NCBI GenBank assembly: GCA_050298595.1
Contig: JBNKUM010000035.1
Span: 1 to 35,885, forward strand
Direction: 5' to 3'
Length of the DNA: 35,885 nt
From: Gammaproteobacteria bacterium
GTDB lineage: Bacteria; Pseudomonadota; Gammaproteobacteria; GCA-001735895
Shown here: positions 35,682-35,885 of the stretch, one piece after another
Layout: each line of letters starts with the position of its first letter
Numbering within the stretch: the stretch's first letter is position 1
The notes under the pieces: model-generated
Seen by the model: only the letters and a program-made list of their open reading frames with translations
Database searches by the model: none
What the model was told of the DNA's origin: nothing
Position numbers and translations under genes: made by a program

Positions 35682-35885
35682 ATGAAAAATATATTTATAC
35701 TTATTGCCTTATTTAGTATGTCATTTGTTTCTATGGCTACCGATAAACAAATGACAATGGACCCGAATAAAGTCAAATATAATAATTATGTTCATAAAGA
35801 GTTACCTGCTTCTTTATTGCCTAGAATAAAAGCAACTACTGACGTCTTCGAAATCGTAGATGGCATTTCGTATGAAAATGCTATT
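35682..35885 (+). CDS. secreted hypothetical protein, truncated by the window end (cassette R12)
   Basis: AAGGA RBS, MKNIFILIALFSMSFVSMA signal peptide, open to the end of the window. Confidence 0.75.
   Translation, partial: MKNIFILIALFSMSFVSMATDKQMTMDPNKVKYNNYVHKELPASLLPRIKATTDVFEIVDGISYENAI

Larger units (their letters stand above)
29086..35885 (+). mobile_element. right integron-type cassette array (at least 12 cassettes, runs off the window, no adjacent intI)
   Basis: Co-oriented AT-rich ORFs separated by palindromic sites ending in GTTRRRY-like boxes. Confidence 0.93.

Overview
Gammaproteobacterial chromosomal window, probably from a marine or sulfur-oxidising lineage (inferred from a SoxW-like gene and pcnB-folK-panB-panC synteny). 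A ~25 kb central segment carries a TetR/O-methyltransferase pair, an FHA gene, a Crp + CHASE2 cyclase + FecR/TPR/beta-barrel signalling cluster, metY, panC-panB-folK-pcnB, uup, FIST + GGDEF/EAL, a SoxW-like gene, SRAP, an FAD oxidoreductase and gloA. It is bracketed by two outward-pointing integron-type cassette arrays: left on the minus strand (4 cassettes, 1511-4080) and right on the plus strand (at least 12 cassettes, 29086 to the window end). Neither array has an adjacent integrase, yet both start at a closely related attI-like site made of 25-bp direct repeats plus a GTTAG core, so the two sites form an inverted pair around housekeeping DNA. The right array mixes canonical attC sites with a second family of 50-52 bp sites that lack the AAC triplet. 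Cassette cargo includes TIR and NDT-like (candidate anti-phage), immunity-like, GNAT and secreted proteins. The signalling cluster shows sequence signs of non-cAMP (possibly cGMP) specificity and a duplicated tandem-box promoter upstream of GGA-hairpin (CsrA-type) leader RNAs. A Y1/RAYT-like HUH transposase element, apparently inserted into a truncated relative, abuts the distal end of the left array. All family assignments come from motif recognition by eye, not database searches.
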